Assembly: GCA_965205015.1 (NCBI GenBank)
Contig: OZ242029.1
Location: forward strand, 4,480,001 to 4,544,000
DNA: 64,000 bases
From: Candidatus Poribacteria bacterium
Lineage (GTDB): Bacteria; Poribacteria; WGA-4E; WGA-3G
Direction: 5' to 3'
The notes beneath the pieces were generated by a model, which was not told the origin of the DNA, did no database searches, and saw only the letters and a program-made list of their open reading frames with translations. Made by a program: the position numbers and the translations under genes. Position 1 is the first letter of the stretch. The number at the start of each line of letters is the position of its first letter. This document shows positions 61,432 through 64,000 of the stretch, one piece after another.

Positions 61432-62202
61432 ATGAAATTGCTATGTATTGGAATTGCACTGCTTTTATGCCTTGGTGCCACCTCGTGGGCATTAGAAGAA
61501 GACGATCCAGCGATTGTTGGTGTATGGCTCTTTGAGGGCAATGCCGATGATGCCACAGACAACGGCAATGACGGAAAGATCAACGGGGCATTTAAGTTTG
61601 AAGACGGTAAATTTGGTAAGGCGGTCGTGGCGAAGGGCGGCGGTAGTATTGATGTCGACGATTCGGACAGTATCCTGAGCGTTGAAGCAGAACTGACAGT
61701 TGCTGCGTGGTTCCGAGTAGATGCCGATTCAGATACCGGGGTCAGAAAAAATGGTGCCTATCTGTTGGAAGACCAATCTGCAAGTGAACCCGTGCCTGAT
61801 GGCTTCTCGTTCAGAATCTGGACAGGTGCCGGAATTACGCCCGGATTTTACGGGCAAACAGAGTTGGAACAGGGAAAATGGTACCATCTCGCTGGAACGT
61901 ACGACGGAAAAATCGTCGAGATGTATGTTGACGGCGAACCTGAAAGTAAAAAAGGCGCGTTGTCATCCAACAAGGCAGATTGGAAACCGGAGTGGAACGG
62001 TAAGGTTAACCCTGGAGAAACACTACAACTCAAATTCGGACCAGAGCCGTTTACCGGTGGCATCGACGAGGTTGTCATTCTCAGTCGCGCCCTTGAGGCG
62101 GATGAAATTAAGCAGCTGCTGAACGGTTGGGACGAGGCTTTCGCCGTTGAACCGGAGGGCAAGTTGGCGACGACATGGGCGAGAGTAAAAATTGCCCGAT
62201 AA
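61432..62202 (+). CDS. Secreted LamG-like jellyroll protein
   Basis: Signal peptide; GVWLFEG, WYHLAGTYDG, FTGGIDEV; C-terminus AVEPEGKLATTWARVK. Confidence 0.9.
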   Translation: MKLLCIGIALLLCLGATSWALEEDDPAIVGVWLFEGNADDATDNGNDGKINGAFKFEDGKFGKAVVAKGGGSIDVDDSDSILSVEAELTVAAWFRVDADSDTGVRKNGAYLLEDQSASEPVPDGFSFRIWTGAGITPGFYGQTELEQGKWYHLAGTYDGKIVEMYVDGEPESKKGALSSNKADWKPEWNGKVNPGETLQLKFGPEPFTGGIDEVVILSRALEADEIKQLLNGWDEAFAVEPEGKLATTWARVKIAR

Positions 62203-62282
62203 GCGGAAGGTCGCGATGTTGTAGGGGCATCCCTTGTGGGGGCCCAACTATGGATGCTCTTATAACTCCGAATTTGTAGACT

Positions 62283-63791
62283 ATGGCGGATAAATCAACT
62301 ATAATTGGAGAGGTTTTTACCCCGCTGAAATGGGCAAAATGGCTCATCGACAAGTGGGATATTCTCAACGCCTGGATTGATGGGGCACACATCTGCGACC
62401 CAACAGCAGGAAAAGGGGCATTCATCCTCGCGCTTCTGGAGATCGCACGTTATAGAGGGGTCCCTATCACCTCTGACCGTCTATCACGCCTAACGCTCAT
62501 TGAGAGGAACGCTGCCCATCTGGCATGCTTTAGAAACAACGTCAAACAAGAATTCGGTGTTGACTTCCCAGCCTCCCAACTCTTCTGCCAAGATGTAATC
62601 ATGGAACCGCACGCGGGAAAATATGACATTCTTATTGGGAACCCGCCGTGGGTGAATTTCGCGGATCTGCCATCGGATTACAAAGCGCGTGTAAAGCCTT
62701 TTTTTCTCGCAGAAGGGCTGATGCCAGACAGGCAGCAATTGCTCTTAGGTTCCTCTCGTATCGACATCGCCGCACTCGTTCTAAAGATCGCTCTCGGTCA
62801 ATTGCTAAAAGAGAACGGGGTTGGGTATTTCTATCTCCCATTGTCCCTCTTTTTCGGTGATGGTGCACATAGTGGTTTTAGAAATTATCGCGCACATCAA
62901 CGCGATTTCGCCGTAGATACGGTCTATGAATTCGCATCAACCCAAGTATTTAAAGGGGTCAACACATCATACTGTTGCGCTAAATTTCGGTGCGATACGC
63001 GTCAGACTTTCCCAGTTCCATATTTCAGGGAATTGAGTGGAAAATGGACTGAACATAAGGCTGTCCCACTTAACGATTCTGCAGACCTATGGCGGGTTGT
63101 GAGGAACCTCAACGAACTGAATACAGGTACAACCGTTGACCTTAACTTGTCCCCGGCACAAACACCGCGACAGGGTGTGAACACATGCGGTACCAACAGC
63201 ATTTTTATTTTTGAAGATAAGCCTTCACACCTCCCTGAAGCATTTTTGTATCCACTTGCAACAAAGGAAACTTGGCGACAATCGGCATCCTCCGCCCATA
63301 AATGGATACTGCTACCGTATCATCGGGAAACCGGAAAACCGCTCACGCAGCATCAGATTGACCAGCATGTTTCTTTAAAGGAATACCTCCAGAGTGCTGA
63401 AGAGGTGTTACGATCGCGGAAGGGAACGCTTCTCCGAGCGGCGATTGATAGAGGCTATTGGTGGGCACTGCTCGGTGTCGGTCCCTATTCGTTTGCACCG
63501 TTCAAAGTGATGTGGGAGGCATATGGGAGAAGTCGGTTTAACCCAATTGTGCTGAATGATATAGATGGACAGGCGTGGCAAGGCAACCAGTCGATGCATG
63601 CGTTCATCCCGTGCTGGTCTGAAGATGCCGCACAGCGGATTAAAGAAACCCTTGAGAACCCCCAAATTCCGACGCTATTACGGCAGCTCAATGGTGCGGG
63701 TAAACGCAATTGGGCACAACCGGGGAAAATTAAAAAGATTCTTTCATTTAGAGAATCACATGACACGCGAAAGGATCAGGTGTATACATGA
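62283..63791 (+). CDS. SAM-dependent DNA amino-methyltransferase (gamma-type motif order), orphan
   Basis: GEVFTP (motif X), DPTAGKGAF (motif I), ILIGNPPW (motif IV). Confidence 0.82.
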   Translation: MADKSTIIGEVFTPLKWAKWLIDKWDILNAWIDGAHICDPTAGKGAFILALLEIARYRGVPITSDRLSRLTLIERNAAHLACFRNNVKQEFGVDFPASQLFCQDVIMEPHAGKYDILIGNPPWVNFADLPSDYKARVKPFFLAEGLMPDRQQLLLGSSRIDIAALVLKIALGQLLKENGVGYFYLPLSLFFGDGAHSGFRNYRAHQRDFAVDTVYEFASTQVFKGVNTSYCCAKFRCDTRQTFPVPYFRELSGKWTEHKAVPLNDSADLWRVVRNLNELNTGTTVDLNLSPAQTPRQGVNTCGTNSIFIFEDKPSHLPEAFLYPLATKETWRQSASSAHKWILLPYHRETGKPLTQHQIDQHVSLKEYLQSAEEVLRSRKGTLLRAAIDRGYWWALLGVGPYSFAPFKVMWEAYGRSRFNPIVLNDIDGQAWQGNQSMHAFIPCWSEDAAQRIKETLENPQIPTLLRQLNGAGKRNWAQPGKIKKILSFRESHDTRKDQVYT

Positions 63792-64000
63792 TACAAAAGA
63801 CAGGGTTCGCCTATCATCCAGACTACCTCAATCACGATACCGGTCCGAACCACCCCGAACGCCCCGATCGGTTACGCGCCAGCTTAGCCGCACTTCAGCA
63901 AAGCGATGTCTGGGAACAGTTGCACCGCATTGAACCGACACCCGCAAGTGTCGCGCAGCTCTGCTACGCACACGAACCGAGCTATCCTGAACACATTCAG
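63788..64000 (+). CDS. Histone deacetylase family (acetylpolyamine amidohydrolase-like) protein, partial
   Basis: Not in ORF track. ATG 63788 gives MIQKTGFAYHPDYLNHDTGPNHPERPDRL...AHEPSY, the typical HDAC N-terminus; ATGA overlap with MTase stop. Confidence 0.85.
   Translation, partial: MIQKTGFAYHPDYLNHDTGPNHPERPDRLRASLAALQQSDVWEQLHRIEPTPASVAQLCYAHEPSYPEHIQ

Overview
A 64 kb gene-dense bacterial chromosome segment with no rRNA, tRNA or CRISPR array detected. The gene content suggests Candidatus Poribacteria (inference only): several secreted LamG proteins sharing a C-terminal TW-x-x-[ILV]-K motif, PhyH, sulfatase plus maturase, TPR/ankyrin/FG-GAP proteins, and a DUF1592/DUF1552 pair. It holds a MoxR-DUF58-BatA operon, carbohydrate and sulfate catabolic genes, argF, thrC, holA, a hisZ-hisG-hisS operon, a lone tyrosine recombinase, toxin-antitoxin-like genes and an orphan DNA methyltransferase. 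Five signals stand out beyond the ORF list. (1) An unannotated His4 leader peptide (MCNANTLNIHHHHSVDF) lies between a consensus promoter and the his operon, with competing RNA helices, making it a candidate histidine attenuator. (2) Five secreted proteins of three different architectures share a C-terminal motif that looks like a sorting signal. (3) A C9-tract frameshifted leader ORF and a MITE precede a His-rich surface protein. (4) A gluconolactonase appears to have captured the Tat leader of the neighbouring DUF1552 gene. (5) There is a Fur-like box and a sigma54-type promoter.
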